Of a stretch of DNA of 64,000 nucleotides, positions 13,800-26,419 are shown piece by piece. How positions within the stretch are numbered: the first letter of the stretch is position 1; every line of letters starts with the position of its first letter. Source of the DNA: Eledone cirrhosa (lineage: Eukaryota); assembly GCA_964016885.1 (NCBI GenBank), contig OZ024744.1, positions 51,274,001-51,338,000 on the forward strand. Reading direction: 5' to 3'. The position numbers and the translations under genes were made by a program. The notes below the pieces were generated by a model, which saw nothing but the letters and a program-made list of their open reading frames with translations, searched no databases and was not told the DNA's origin.

Positions 13800-13950
13800 C
13801 CCCCGTATTGGGGAATTTTTCATTATTATTTTTTGTTACATCCTCTGTTTTTGTTTTTCTACACGAAGAAATGCCCATTTACCGTCCTGTATTGCCCTGT
13901 ACTGTCCTTAATGTCTACTTTATGTAAACCCTTGTGGTTAATAAAGAAAG
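13800..13950 (+). mobile_element. 3'-end fragment of a Tx1-like LINE with (ATT)n tail
   Basis: ATGTAAACCCTTGTGGTTAATAAAGAAAG-(TAT)n resembles the 3' end of the full element (ATGTAAACCC...CCCTTGTGGCCAATAAATGAAATC). Confidence 0.55.
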
Positions 13951-14179
13951 TATTATTATTATTATTAATATTATTGGTCTAAGCGGACGTATTTTGCTCG
14001 CTGCCAGTAAGTCGCTTTATTTGCCTGTTAAGATTATTTGTTGTTACATATTTCTGGTTGTGTAAGGGATATAAGCCCTTAGACTTTGCCCTGTGAAGGG
14101 GAAAGTATAATATTTGGGCCTTTTGGCCCAAATATTTGAATTTTTTTACATGTTAAAACATTTACGGAGAAAAAAAAAC

Positions 14180-16142
14180 ATGGCTGAGCCCCCCCAGCGA
14201 TATGTCTGCTGTCGTGCGACAACGACGTGGAAGTTGAGAGGAGCGCTACAGCGAAATTAACACACATTGATAACACAAACACCAACACAAACAATGTAAA
14301 CAAAGGCACCAATGATACCAATGAGAATTCTAATTTAAAAAAAAATGACAGTAACAGCGACAACGAAAATACAGATAACAAAAAAAAAATAACAAATACA
14401 ACAATATCAACAACACTAACATGAAAACAAATAGCGACAACACCAACAGCAACAATACCAACTCCACCGAGAACAACGGTGGCAACAAAGACAACAATGA
14501 TAACAACGACAGTGCTAACAACAACACCAACAAGAACAACGACCACAACACCCCCAACGAAAACAAGAACACTTTCGCTGCGGCAGCAGCAAAAAAGAGG
14601 CCATGCTTCAACATGGACCTCTCAAACAAAGATGAAAAGTTGGCCCAGGCATGGAAGCTCATCAAGCAAGAGCAAACCTGGGCCAACTTAACTGTCCCGG
14701 TAGAAGCTATTGAGGCAGTGGAGCTCAGAACGGTGCATTATAGATGCATCTCAGCACAAACCAAAAGGGCAGCTTTAATCCAACAAGAAGATGTCGAAGT
14801 CGCGCTGAGGTGCATCAGAGAAGACACCGAATACATAGCGAGGAGCAGACAGTACGGCAGCATTTCGGTGCTGTTCAAGTCAGAAGCCCTCGCTATGAAA
14901 CACGCTATGACTCCTTGCAAAACCAGCAAGGTCATAATGTACCCCTCCCACATGGGAAAAAGAACAGCCCGTCTCCGAATTCCCAGAATCCCACCAGGAC
15001 TTGACATGTGGTGGCTTCTGGGATGTGTGATTGTGGAGGTGACGGATACCGTCCCTATAGAAGTGTCCGGAACGGCCAGAGAGGACTGGTCCGGGGTTGA
15101 CCTGGAGATCCTTCTCCAGATCAGGCCCGAGAATGTGAAGACAATCCCGGACCACATCCGCCTTCAGAATGGGACTGTCATTCACATTATGACCGAAGGC
15201 AAAAAGCCGCAGTGTCTTGTTTGTGGGGAAAAACCCATTTGCGAGCCTTCTGCCCTCAACTGCTGAAAGAAGCAAAGGGTCGAAAGGCTCCACTGCTGCC
15301 GACGCCGGGGCGAGGACCACAACCAACACCGGCACCGGCAAAACCACCAACAACAACACCAATAGAAAGTCTACCACCAACATTGAACACCCAGGAGGGA
15401 AACGAGGAAAGCTGTCAAATTCCGCCTCCCCCCAAAAATACACACACCAATAAAACCATAAACATACATACAGACACACTTACAGACACAGACCCCTCAT
15501 CTACCAGTAGTGAAGATGAGGGAAAACCCAAATCCCCCAAAATACAAAAAAGGAAACACAAAAAGGAAAAAAAACTCAACAAAGTACAAAATCACCCACA
15601 ATAAAAAACGCAGACACCACCCACGCAAACATCTCTCCAATAACACCAACATCAACACCACCATCACCATCACCAGAATCCCCCAAACGCAAACAACCTA
15701 AACAGACGCAAGAACAAATATACACACAAACATCTGAAACCACAGACACCGCACAACAAACACAGACACAACCGAAACAACACCACCAAAACCATCACCA
15801 CCACAGCCACGCAAACAAATAAAATCAAACCAACAAAACATACAAAACTTCGTGCTCGTCAGGAGGGCCAACAAGGAACTGATGGTCCTCGTAGCACGAA
15901 GTGAAAATATACAAAAAGAGGGGGAAATTTTTAAATCGAGCACATTTCGCGTGCCGGAAGATTTGGTTCTGGTGCGAATGTCGCTCGATATATTCAAAGA
16001 AATACGAGACAGCTTTCCTCGAGACGTGGGAATCCCGAACGTAAAACCCACTTCAAGACTATTAAAGGGGTTCCCAAAAGAAACCCCACAAACCATGGAG
16101 GTCGAACCACCCGACCTTCACAAGACCCCGGAAGGTAAGTAA
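14180..16142 (+). pseudogene. LINE ORF1 (gag-like, CCHC zinc knuckle), frameshifted
   Basis: Likely ATG at 14180; N/T-rich N-terminus. Joining ORFs 14421-15266 and 15212-15604 across the A-run at ~15229-15233 restores CLVC-GEKT-H-LRAF-C. The last piece, 15852-16142, ends 30 bp before ORF2. Confidence 0.7.
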
Positions 16143-16171
16143 ACCTTTCCTCTCCCATTCATCCTGCCAGC

Positions 16172-19100
16172 ATGGCCATAAGAGTAGGAAGTTTAAATGT
16201 TCGTGGCCTGGGGTCGCCCTGGAAGCAAGGTCACTTGCTCAACGACCTCAGGTCACTAGGAATAGATGTAATTGCCATCAGCGAGACCAGAATTTCCGAC
16301 ACACGCGCACTGGCGCCGATTTTCGACGATTATCAGATCTTTGCATCTGTTAGTCGGCCGGGAATGGGAGGTGGAGTGGCTGTGCTGTTTAGGAAATGTC
16401 TGGATCTCGAGGTAAGGTCAATCTTCCGGGATCCTGACGGAAAGTTGGTGGTCCTGGACGTGAGCAATAGCGAAGGTGGTGCCTTTAGACTGGTGGCCGT
16501 CTACGCCCCTACTGGGGCCGGTCGGCCGGACTTCTTTAGGCGCCTGGAAAACTTTCTGCTTACGTCTCGCCCTTTACTGTTAATAGGGGATTGGAATGGC
16601 ATCTTAGAAGCACGCTGGGATTGTGTGGGAGTATCTGATAGGAGCGGGGGGTGCAAAAGCCTCAAGTACCTGATCAGCCAGTTTCAACTGTCTGACAGGT
16701 ACCGACTAGATTTCCCTAATGCGCCAGTATGGACCTGGACCAATCGCATAGGGTCATCTAGATCGTACATAGATAGGATTTTCATTAGGAAAAGAGATAG
16801 AAATAGTGTAGGATGTCCACATTTTAAAACGGTTGCCTATTCAGATCACAAGCTTGTGATCTGTATGGTCGACCTAGATAAGACACGTAGGTTAGGACCT
16901 AGCTACTGGAAGCTAAACATGTCGTTTCCGGCACGTAAAGCTTACAGGGACCGGGTCAACAACTTAGTTAAGCAAAAGTTGACAGGGGGGGTTGTCAACA
17001 ACAGGTGGTGGGGGGCACTCAAAAGAGAGATTAGAGCAACCTCGATAGGATTTAGCAAAGAAGTAGCAATAGAGAAAAATAGAAAAGAGGAGGGGCTGAT
17101 AGCTAAGTTAGACGAGGCTATTTGTAGTGGCATTGCAACAGACGTGCTAGCGGCGAGAATGGCACTAGACCATTTCTTCAATGCGAAACACGAAGGTTGC
17201 ATTGTCAGAGCTAAGGCGCGTGCTCTGAGGAACGAGGGAACCAAAGCTGCCCGATGGGCTCGCTTTGCAGAGACGCAGCGTGGAAATAAAACCACAATTC
17301 GGTCTTTGACGGATCGAGATGGACACGAACTGAGCGATTCCAAGCAGATGTGTGAGGCCTTTCGCCAGCACTTTGCTCGATTGTTCGGGAGGATGGGTGA
17401 GTCGGAGATGGCGGCGGACTTCAGTCCCTACCTCGACGGCTTGCCACGCCTCTCGACGGCCGACGCTGAGCGCTGCGAAGAGCCGATAACATCAGCCGAA
17501 ATTCAGGACGCCCTTGTCGGCTGCTCGAGTCGCAAGTCACCCGGTTTGGATGGTCTGCCCTACGAGCTTTACGTAAATATGCCAGACTTGTTCTCCGATC
17601 TCCTCGAAGCGCTCTACTGCAACTGGCAGCAGAACGGGAGCATTCCCAGTTCTGTGAGCCGTGGCGTAGTGACGCTGATAAGGAAAGACGAGAACAAGAG
17701 GGACACACTAGATAATTTCAGGCCCATAACCCTGCTCAACACAGAGTTTAAGATTTTGGCCAAGGTGTTAGCGAAAAGGTTGGCGCTTGTCGTCAAAGAT
17801 TTGGTTGGGGAGGCGCAAACTTGCGCAATCCCGACCAGGTCCATACACGACAACCTCCACCTCATGCGATACATCATAGAGAGGGTTGGGTGCAAACCTG
17901 GCTTCGGTGGGGCTCTGATCAATTTAGATCAATCGAAAGCATTCGATAGGGTCGACCATCGGTACTTGGAGGCTGTCCTCGAGGCGGCTGGCTTCGGCCC
18001 CGTCTTCAGAAGCTGGATCGCTGCAATGTACAGCGGCATCCGCTCGGTGGTCAAAGTTAATGGCCACCTCTCGGAACCGTTTCAGATCTCTCGATCGGTC
18101 CGTCAAGGGTGCCCTCTCTCCTCACTTCTGTACGTATTGACTCTTGAGCCTCTACTGCGGAAGCTGGAGTTGTTGCAGGGCATCCCGCTCGAACCGGGAC
18201 GCAGAAAGGCTGCGTCCGCTTATGCGGACGACATCACCGTGATGGTGTCGGACACCTCGGAAATCGAGGTGATCCGCACCCATTTGGAGGAATATGAAAG
18301 GTTGACGGGAGCAAAACTTAACCCGGAAAAGTCGGTGGGCTTGCAGCTCGGCACCTGGAGAGGCAAGTCCATGCCGTCCAACAGCGTCGTTGGGCGCTGG
18401 ACAGACGGACCGGTAAAGTTGCTCGGGGTTTGGTTCGGACCAGACCTCCAGGTGGATAAGAATTGGGACGAGGTGACGAGCAGGATAGCCAACCTCACCC
18501 AGAAATGGGCTGAGAGAAAGCTATCACTGAAAGGGCGGGCGGAGGTGGCGAACGCGTACATCGCGTCCGTCATCTACTACCGCCTGACCGTCGTGCCTTG
18601 CCCCCGTCCACGCCTCGCCAATTTGGAACGGCTCCTTTTCAAATTTTTGTGGAGGGGACGGGTCCCGTTGGTGAGGCGGTCCATCTGCTGCCAGCACCCT
18701 CTTCGTGGAGGGCTGGGCATGCCGTGGCTAATGATGCGCAGACATGCGCTGAGGCTGCGACATCTCCAGATATTTTGCCTAAACGGTGAACAGGTGTGGT
18801 CGCCGTTTGTTAGACGGGCCTTTCCGCAGCTCATCTCTTTGACTGAGCTGCAGTCCTGGGTCAAGAAGAGACCGAGACTGGGCGACTGGCATCTGGAATG
18901 TTGCCAGGCGCTCACTGCACTCTGCAAGGTGGGCAATGCGGTCAGTGGAACTTCCACTCAAGATTTCTATAGAGGATTAGTGGAGGGCAAGTGCGATGAC
19001 GTACTAGGAGAGGCTCTGGGCGTCAACGAAGTAGAACTGACCAGTATGTTCCGGAGGACTTTCGAGCCGGGGACGATGGATAACTTCCAGAAATCCCTCG

Positions 19101-19591
19101 CTTGGCAGTGCTACCGGGGGGCGCTGCCGGTTCGGGATAAACTCTACAGGCACGGAAGTGCTGTCAGACGAACCTGCCCGAGATGCGCGCAGAGCGACGA
19201 AACCGTTCTGCACGCACTCGTCCAGTGTCCGTGCATTGCTGACTTGTGGGGTTATGTCGAACAGCTATTGTCGCGTGTAGAACGGATCCGGCTATCGTCC
19301 GAGTCCATAGTGAAGATTGACCCGCCGCCTTCTTTTGGTCAGGAAGGGCAGGCAATTTTCCTCTGCCTGGTGGCAGTAGCGAAAGAGGTTGCATGGTGGA
19401 CCAGGTTGAAAGGACTGAAGACAGACACTTTTCTCTTCGGCCAATCCCTCATCAACTTCTTCAAGTTTCACTTGGAAAGGAAGGTGAGGGTGGAGAGAGA
19501 AGTGCTGCCCCCCAGTACATTTACTGAAAGGTGGGTGAATGTGGCGAGAATGGCCCGCGTGAGTGGGCCTACTCTGATCATGCGCCTGTAG
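16172..19591 (+). CDS. LINE ORF2: APE endonuclease + reverse transcriptase + C-terminal Zn motif (Tx1-like), intact 1139 aa
   Basis: SLNVRGL, ISET, VYAP, IGDWN, YIDRIF, SDH (APE); KSPGLDGLP, FRPITLLN, DQSKAFDRV, VRQGCPLS, AYADD, LLGVWF (RT); CPRC...ETVLHALVQC. Confidence 0.96.
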   Translation: MAIRVGSLNVRGLGSPWKQGHLLNDLRSLGIDVIAISETRISDTRALAPIFDDYQIFASVSRPGMGGGVAVLFRKCLDLEVRSIFRDPDGKLVVLDVSNSEGGAFRLVAVYAPTGAGRPDFFRRLENFLLTSRPLLLIGDWNGILEARWDCVGVSDRSGGCKSLKYLISQFQLSDRYRLDFPNAPVWTWTNRIGSSRSYIDRIFIRKRDRNSVGCPHFKTVAYSDHKLVICMVDLDKTRRLGPSYWKLNMSFPARKAYRDRVNNLVKQKLTGGVVNNRWWGALKREIRATSIGFSKEVAIEKNRKEEGLIAKLDEAICSGIATDVLAARMALDHFFNAKHEGCIVRAKARALRNEGTKAARWARFAETQRGNKTTIRSLTDRDGHELSDSKQMCEAFRQHFARLFGRMGESEMAADFSPYLDGLPRLSTADAERCEEPITSAEIQDALVGCSSRKSPGLDGLPYELYVNMPDLFSDLLEALYCNWQQNGSIPSSVSRGVVTLIRKDENKRDTLDNFRPITLLNTEFKILAKVLAKRLALVVKDLVGEAQTCAIPTRSIHDNLHLMRYIIERVGCKPGFGGALINLDQSKAFDRVDHRYLEAVLEAAGFGPVFRSWIAAMYSGIRSVVKVNGHLSEPFQISRSVRQGCPLSSLLYVLTLEPLLRKLELLQGIPLEPGRRKAASAYADDITVMVSDTSEIEVIRTHLEEYERLTGAKLNPEKSVGLQLGTWRGKSMPSNSVVGRWTDGPVKLLGVWFGPDLQVDKNWDEVTSRIANLTQKWAERKLSLKGRAEVANAYIASVIYYRLTVVPCPRPRLANLERLLFKFLWRGRVPLVRRSICCQHPLRGGLGMPWLMMRRHALRLRHLQIFCLNGEQVWSPFVRRAFPQLISLTELQSWVKKRPRLGDWHLECCQALTALCKVGNAVSGTSTQDFYRGLVEGKCDDVLGEALGVNEVELTSMFRRTFEPGTMDNFQKSLAWQCYRGALPVRDKLYRHGSAVRRTCPRCAQSDETVLHALVQCPCIADLWGYVEQLLSRVERIRLSSESIVKIDPPPSFGQEGQAIFLCLVAVAKEVAWWTRLKGLKTDTFLFGQSLINFFKFHLERKVRVEREVLPPSTFTERWVNVARMARVSGPTLIMRL

Positions 19592-19849
19592 GCTGGTGAA
19601 TTCGAGAAGGAGAGGGGTGCCCTTCCCGGGTGCCCTAGGAGCGTCGGGTGGCTCAGGACTGGTGGGGTGCTTGAGTCAACCCTGGGTGGTGATCCCTCTT
19701 ATTGGGGAACTTTCATTGTTGTATTTTTATTGTTATTTTGTTTTTTTTGTTATTTATACTTACTCGATCTCTATGTAAACCCCCACTGTCCCTGTCTATT
19801 GTGTTGTCCCCTATATGTCGGCCCTTGTGGCCAATAAATGAAATCATTA

Positions 19850-20267
19850 TGTTGTTGTTGTTGGTGTTGGTGTTGTTGGTTGTGTTGGTATTGTTGTTAT
19901 TGGTGTTGTTGTATGTGTTGGTGTTGATGTTGGTGTTGGTGTTGGTGTTGGTGTTGGTGTTGTTGTTGTTGATGTTGTTGGTGTTGTTGTTGTTGTTGGT
20001 GGTGGTGTTGTTGTTGTTGTTGGTGGTGTTGTTGTTGGTGTTGGTGTTGTTGTTACAATAGATATCTCCTGGTTGTTATTGTAACAAAAACATAAAGAGT
20101 CCAGCTGTTACTACAGTAGTAGTAGTAGTATAGTAGTAGTAGTAGTATTATTATTAATAGTAGTAGTAGTAGTAGTAGTGGTGGTAGTGGTAGTAATAGT
20201 AGTAGTGGTGGTAGTGGTAGTGGTAGTAATAGTAGTAGTAGTAGAGGTAGTAGTAGTAATTGTGGTG

Positions 20268-20301
<34 letters not shown>

Positions 20302-20712
20302 AAATGGTGGTAGTAGTAGTAGTAGTGGTGGTGTTAGTAATAGTAGTAGTAGTAGTAGTGGTAGTTGTAGTAATGGTGGTGGTAGTAGTGGTAGTAATAG
20401 TAGTAGTGGTGGTGGTAGTGGTGGTGGTGGTAGTGGTGGTGGTAGTAATAGTAGTAGTGGTAGTGGTAGCGGTGTTGGTGGTAATAGTAGTGGTGGTGAT
20501 CGTGGTAGTGATATTAGTAGTGGTGGTGGTAGTGGTGGTGGTGGTAATAGTAGTTGTGGTAGTGGTGGTGGTGGTGGTGGTGGTGGTGATAGTGGTAGTA
20601 ATAGTAGTAGTGGTGGTGGTGGTGGCGGTGGTAGTAATAGTAGTGGTGGTGGTGGTGGTAGTGGTGGTGGTAGTAATAGTAGTAGTGGTGGTAGTAGTGG
20701 TGGTGGTAGTAT
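19850..20712. repeat. Degenerate trinucleotide arrays (GTT/GGT, then GTA/GTG)
   Basis: Direct inspection. Confidence 0.9.
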
Positions 20713-21310
20713 ATGTCGGTATTGTTGTCAATGTTTTTATAAGTGATTACCCCCCCCCCCCTTTTACGTTTTTTAAAAATCTTACGGCGTAGTTGTTGTT
20801 ATTGTTGCAGTTGTTGTGGTTGTTGTTGCTGTTGTTGTGGTTGTTGTGGTATTAAAGCTGCTGTTGTTAATGTAGCCGCTGTTGTTAATGTTGTTATTGT
20901 TGTTAATGTAATTGCTCCGTTGTATCTGTTGCCGTTTTCTTTTCCTTGCACGTTGTCGCTTTTTCTTTTTTGTCTTGTAACAGTTTTCTTTTCTTTGTTG
21001 ATACTGATGTTATTGTTGCTAGCGTTTATGTTATTTTAACAGCTCGTAGCTTGCCACTATAGGCTTGAAGAGACCACAGTCGGAACACTGGCTACTTTCT
21101 TTTCTTATTAAAGATATTCAGCGATTTCTAGGTTTTCACTAATCTTTGCTTGAGTATCTAGGCCACAGAGTTGAACCTCATGTAGGCCGGGGGAGAACAT
21201 GGTCATGGCAGAGGTCACTTGCTCTAAGTATTAAAATCTCAGACGAGGGAGTAACATGACAGGAGTGTCCTAAAAACGGGGGGAATGTGGAAAAATGGGG
21301 AGTTTTACAT

Positions 21311-21420
21311 AATTGTTTCTACTTTTGACACAAGGCCAGCAATTACTCAGTAGATTACTGGTACTTTATTTTATCGACCCCGTAAGGATGAAAGGCAAAG
21401 TTGACCTCGGCAGGATTTTA
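21311..21420 (-). mobile_element. tRNA-derived SINE, 5'-truncated copy
   Basis: Same body as the copies at 33315-33498 (GTACTTTATTTTATCGACCCCGTAAGGATGAAAGGCAAAG). Confidence 0.8.
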
Positions 21421-21998
21421 ATGAAAGCTATACCCATTTTCACAAGAGAAGGCATCTCTCACTCACCCCAATCTGGGTGGTGATCTCCCCGTCGGACGAG
21501 GAGAGGTGACAGGTCTGCACTATTCTTAGTAGTGAAGTGACCACTTCTGGAAGAGGGAATACTTACACTTTGTATTAGATATATTTCCAGATGTGTGGGC
21601 TTCCAGTAATCTTAGTACGTATGAAAATGTATCTCTACCAGAAGAGTTCTAAATGACAGAAAAAAAAACAACAAAAAAAAACAAAACAAAACAACAAGTG
21701 AACTGTAAAGGTAAAATTACAATTTTGTTCAGAGAGTTTAGACCCACCCCAGGCTATATGAGAAGACACTTGCAAGATGCGTTGTGCTGCGTGATCGAAA
21801 TCTGAACCACACTTTCAAAACATCTTAATCACGCAGTCACGGCAACAGCTTTCTAAGTAAGCTTTGTACTGATCTAACGAGAAGAGGGCTCGTACTAAAG
21901 TTGTTTTATATATCGATGAATAATATAGATTATTTTATGGACGGAATAAGTAATGTTCGGTTTCTTCACCAAATTGTTAAAAAGCCACACACACACAC

Positions 21999-24885
21999 CC
22001 GGGCTAACTCAGATATGTAGACTCGAGTTACCGGGCTAACTCAGATATGTAGACTCGAGTTACCGGGTTAACACGGATATATAGACTCAAGTTGCCGGGC
22101 TAACTCAGATAGACAGACTCGAGTTACCGGGCTAATTCAGATATATAGGCTCGAGTTACCGGGCTAACTCAGATATGTAGACTCGAGTTACCGGGCTAAC
22201 TCAGATATGTAGACTCGAGTTGCCGGGCTAACTCAGACATGTCACTCGAGTTACCGAGCTAACTCAGATATATAGACTCGAGTTACCAGGCTAACTCAGA
22301 TATGTAGACTCGAGTTACTGAGCTAACTCAGATATGTAGACTCGAGTTACCAGGTTAACTCAGATATATAGACTCGAGTTACCGGGCTAATTCAGATATG
22401 TAGACTCGAGTTACCGAGCTAACTCAGATATGTAGACTCGAGTTGCCGGGATAACTCAGATATGTAGACTCGAGTTACCGGGCTAACTCAGATATGTAGA
22501 CTCGAGTTACCGGGCTAACTCAGATATGTAGACTCGAGTTACCGGGCTAATTCAGATATGTAGACTCGAGTTACCAGGTTAACTCAGATATGTAGACTCG
22601 ACTTACCGGGCTAACTCAGATATATAGACTCGAGTTACCAGGTTAACTCAGATATGTAGACTCGAGTTACCGGGCTAACTCAGATATGAGGACTCGAGTT
22701 GCCGGGCTGACTCAGATATGTAGACTCGAGTTGCCGGGCTAACTCAGATATGTAACTCGAGTTACCGGGCTAACTCAGATATGTAACTCGAGTTACCGGG
22801 CTAACTCATATGTAGACGCGAGTTACCGGGATAACTCAGATATATAGACTCGAGTTACCGGGCTAACTCAGATATATAGACTAGAGTTACCGGACTAACT
22901 CAGATATGTAGACTCGAGTTACCGGGCTAACTCAGACATGTAGACTCGAATAGCAGGGCTAACTCAGACATGTCACTCGAGTTACCGAGCTAACTCAGAT
23001 ATATAGACTCGAGTTACCGGGCTAACTCAGATATTTAAACTCGAGTTACCGGACTAACTCACATATGTAAATCGAGTTACCGGGCTAACTCAGATATGTA
23101 GACGCGAGTTACCGGGCTAACTCAGATATGTAGACTCGAGTTGCCGGGTTAACTGGGATATATAGACTCGAGTTACCGGGTTAACTCGGATATATAGACT
23201 CAAGTTGCCGGGCTAACTCATAACTCAGATAGACAGACTCGAGTTACCGGGCTAACTCAGATATATAGGCTCGAGTTACCGGGCTAACTCAGATATGTAG
23301 ACTCGAGTTACCGGGCTAACTCAGATATGTAGATTCGAGTTACCGGGCTAACTCAGATATGTAGACTCGAGTTGCCGGGCTAACTCAGACATGTCACTCG
23401 AGTTACCGGGCTAACTCAGATATTTAAACTCGAGTTACCGGACTAACTCACATATGTAAATCGAGTTACCGGGCTAACTCAGATATGTAGACGCGAGTTA
23501 CCGGGCTAACTCAGATATGTAGACTCGAGTTGCCGGGTTAACTGGGATATATAGACTCGAGTTACCGGGTTAACTCGGATATATAGACTCAAGTTGCCGG
23601 GCTAACTCATAACTCAGATAGACAGACTCGAGTTACCGGGCTAACTCAGATATATAGGCTCGAGTTACCGGGCTAACTCAGATATGTAGACTCGAGTTAC
23701 CGGGCTAACTCAGATATGTAGATTCGAGTTACCGGGCTAACTCAGATATGTAGACTCGAGTTGCCGGGCTAACTCAGACATGTCACTCGAGTTACCGGGC
23801 TAACTCAGATATATAGACTCGAGTGACCGGGCTAACTCAGATATGTAGACTCGAGTTGCCGGGCTAACTCAGATATCTAGACTCGAGTTACCGGGCTAAC
23901 TCAGATATATAGACTCGAGTTACCGGGCTAACTCAGATATATAGACTCCAGTTGCCGGGTTAACTCGGATATATAGACTCGAGCTGCCGGGCTAACTCAG
24001 ATAGACAGACTCGCGTTACCGGGCTAACTCAGATATATAGACTCGAGTTACTGGGCTAACTCAGATATGTAGACTCGAGTTACTGGGTTAACTCAGATAT
24101 GTAAACTCGAGTTGCCGCGCTAACTCAGATATGTAGACTCGAGTTGCCGGGCTAACTCAGATATATAGACTCGAGTTACCAGGTTAACTCGGATATATAG
24201 ACTTGAGTTGCCGGGCTAACTCAGATAGACAGACTCGAGTTACCGGGCTAACTCAGATATATAGGCTCGAGTTACCGGGCTAACTCAGATATATAGACTA
24301 GAGTTACCGGGCTAACTCAGATATGTAGACTCGAGTTACCAGGCTAACTCAGATATGTAGACTCGAGTTGCCGGGCTAACTCAGATATGTAGACTCGAAT
24401 TGCCGCGCTAATTCAGATATGTAGACTCGAGTTGCCGGGCTAACTCAGATATGTAGACTCGAGTTACTGGGCTAACTCAGACATGTAGACTCGAGTTGCC
24501 GGGTTAATTCAGATATGTAGACTCGAGTTACCGGGCTAACTCAGATATATAGACTCCAGTTGCCGGGCTAACTCAGATATATAGACTTGAGTTACCGAGC
24601 TAACTCAGATATATAGGCTCGAGTTACCAGGTTAACTCAGATATATAGACTCGAGTTGCCGGGCTAACTCAGATATATAGACTCGAGTTGCCGGGCTAAC
24701 TCAGATATATAGACTTGAGTTACCGGGCTAACTCAGATATATAGGCTCGAGTTACCGGGCTAACTCAGATATGTAGACTCGAGTTACCGGGCTAACTCAG
24801 ATATGTAGACTCGAGTTGCCGGGCTAACTCAGATATATAGACTCGAGTTACCGGGCTAACTCAGATATATAGACTCAAGTTGCCT
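21999..24885. repeat. 32-bp tandem satellite, ~90 copies
   Basis: Unit CCGGGCTAACTCAGATATGTAGACTCGAGTTA. Contains a 389-bp higher-order duplication (marker ATATTTAAAC at 23031 and 23420). Confidence 0.97.
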
Positions 24886-25423
24886 TCTTGCGAACACCAT
24901 ATCAATCAATTCTAAATATTCATTCTCTCCTATTTATGGATTTCTTCTGATACTAGTCGAGTGCTTGAAGTTTGAATTTATTTAGTTATTGATTGAAACT
25001 CATCAGAACTGCGTAAAATCTGCAAGATGGCCAATTTTCACTAAGTCACGTGACATCCACGACTGTTAAACTATTTTAGTAGCAGCGAAATTTCACACTT
25101 GTGGAATCAGAATATTAAAATCCTGGAGCAAATACCTACTAAAAACTATGTCACAGTCCAATTGCTTCTGCAACTTCTGAAACTGCGCAGTAATACTTTA
25201 AATCACATGTGCAGCCTTAGAAACCGCTAACACTCCAGGTAGTTGTCTGAATTTCTCACGTTGTTTATGCCTTCTGTACACATTACTTTCAAAATTGAAT
25301 ATTTAATTCAAACTTTGAAACAACGAATATAATTCGTGTATCATTGACAGTTGATCGAGCTGACTCAGATAAACTGATTCTTGCTACTTTCGCTCAATTA
25401 CAACATCGATAGATTTCAAATAT

Positions 25424-25663
<240 letters not shown>

Positions 25664-25736
25664 TATATATATATATATATATATAAAGTGGTCGTGTTTG
25701 TGGCACGATGAAAAATTAACCAGTACAACCTTGGTT

Positions 25737-25915
25737 GTTTTGGTGACACAATAAATGTGGTTGGCATTAGGAAGGACATCCAACCATACAGATCAAACCA
25801 GAATCAATTCTGTATGAGCAAGACATGGTCACCTGACCTGACTTGTCACACAACGGGACAACTCGTCTAATCCATGCAAGTGTGGAAAATAGACGTTAAA
25901 CGATAACGACGAAAA
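25737..25915 (+). mobile_element. Old SINE 3' half with (GAT)n tail
   Basis: GGTTGGCATTAGGAAGGACATCCAACC...CCATGCAAGTGTGGAAAATAGACGTTAAACGA resembles mollusc/octopus SINE central and tail domains. Followed by a (GAT)n array to ~26130. Confidence 0.5.
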
Positions 25916-26023
25916 CAACGACGACGACGACGACGATGATGATGGTGATGATGGTGATGATGATGATGGTGATGGTGATGATGATGATGATGATGATGAT
26001 GAACATGATGATGGTGATGATCG

Positions 26024-26055
<32 letters not shown>

Positions 26056-26419
26056 GTGATTATGTTGATGGTGATGGTGATGGTGATGGTGATAATGATG
26101 AACATGATGATGGTGATGATGATCATGATGCTATATGAAACGCTGCAGTTAAAAAATATATATAGCCTATTTAATATCGAAACAGAGAAATAAAAAAAAA
26201 ACAAAACAAAAGAAAAAGAAAAACAAAACAACAAACGGAGGAAAATAGAGCCAGCTCTGGAATAAAAGCGTACAAACCTGATTTTAAAGAAATAAAAATA
26301 TATCAAGATGGAATATCAATACATTTATTATTGATTATTGGATTATCGGAAACATTTCATATATATTACTAACAGATTATTATCAAATATTAACGAAGCT
26401 AACACAGAAAATTAAACTT

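Larger units (their letters stand above)
13976..19850 (+). mobile_element. Near full-length Tx1/L1-clade non-LTR retrotransposon
   Basis: Two-ORF layout. Begins just after an (ATT)n tract; 3' UTR has AATAAA at 19833-19838 followed by trinucleotide repeats. Confidence 0.9.

Noticed and set aside
16942-19394. Antisense and alternative-frame ORFs over LINE ORF2 (likewise over the Helitron)
   Set aside because: Shadow ORFs of GC-richer coding sequence, with no motifs.
21999-24885. CRISPR-like appearance of the 32-bp palindromic repeat array
   Set aside because: Units are contiguous with no unique spacers, there are no cas genes, and the context is eukaryotic.
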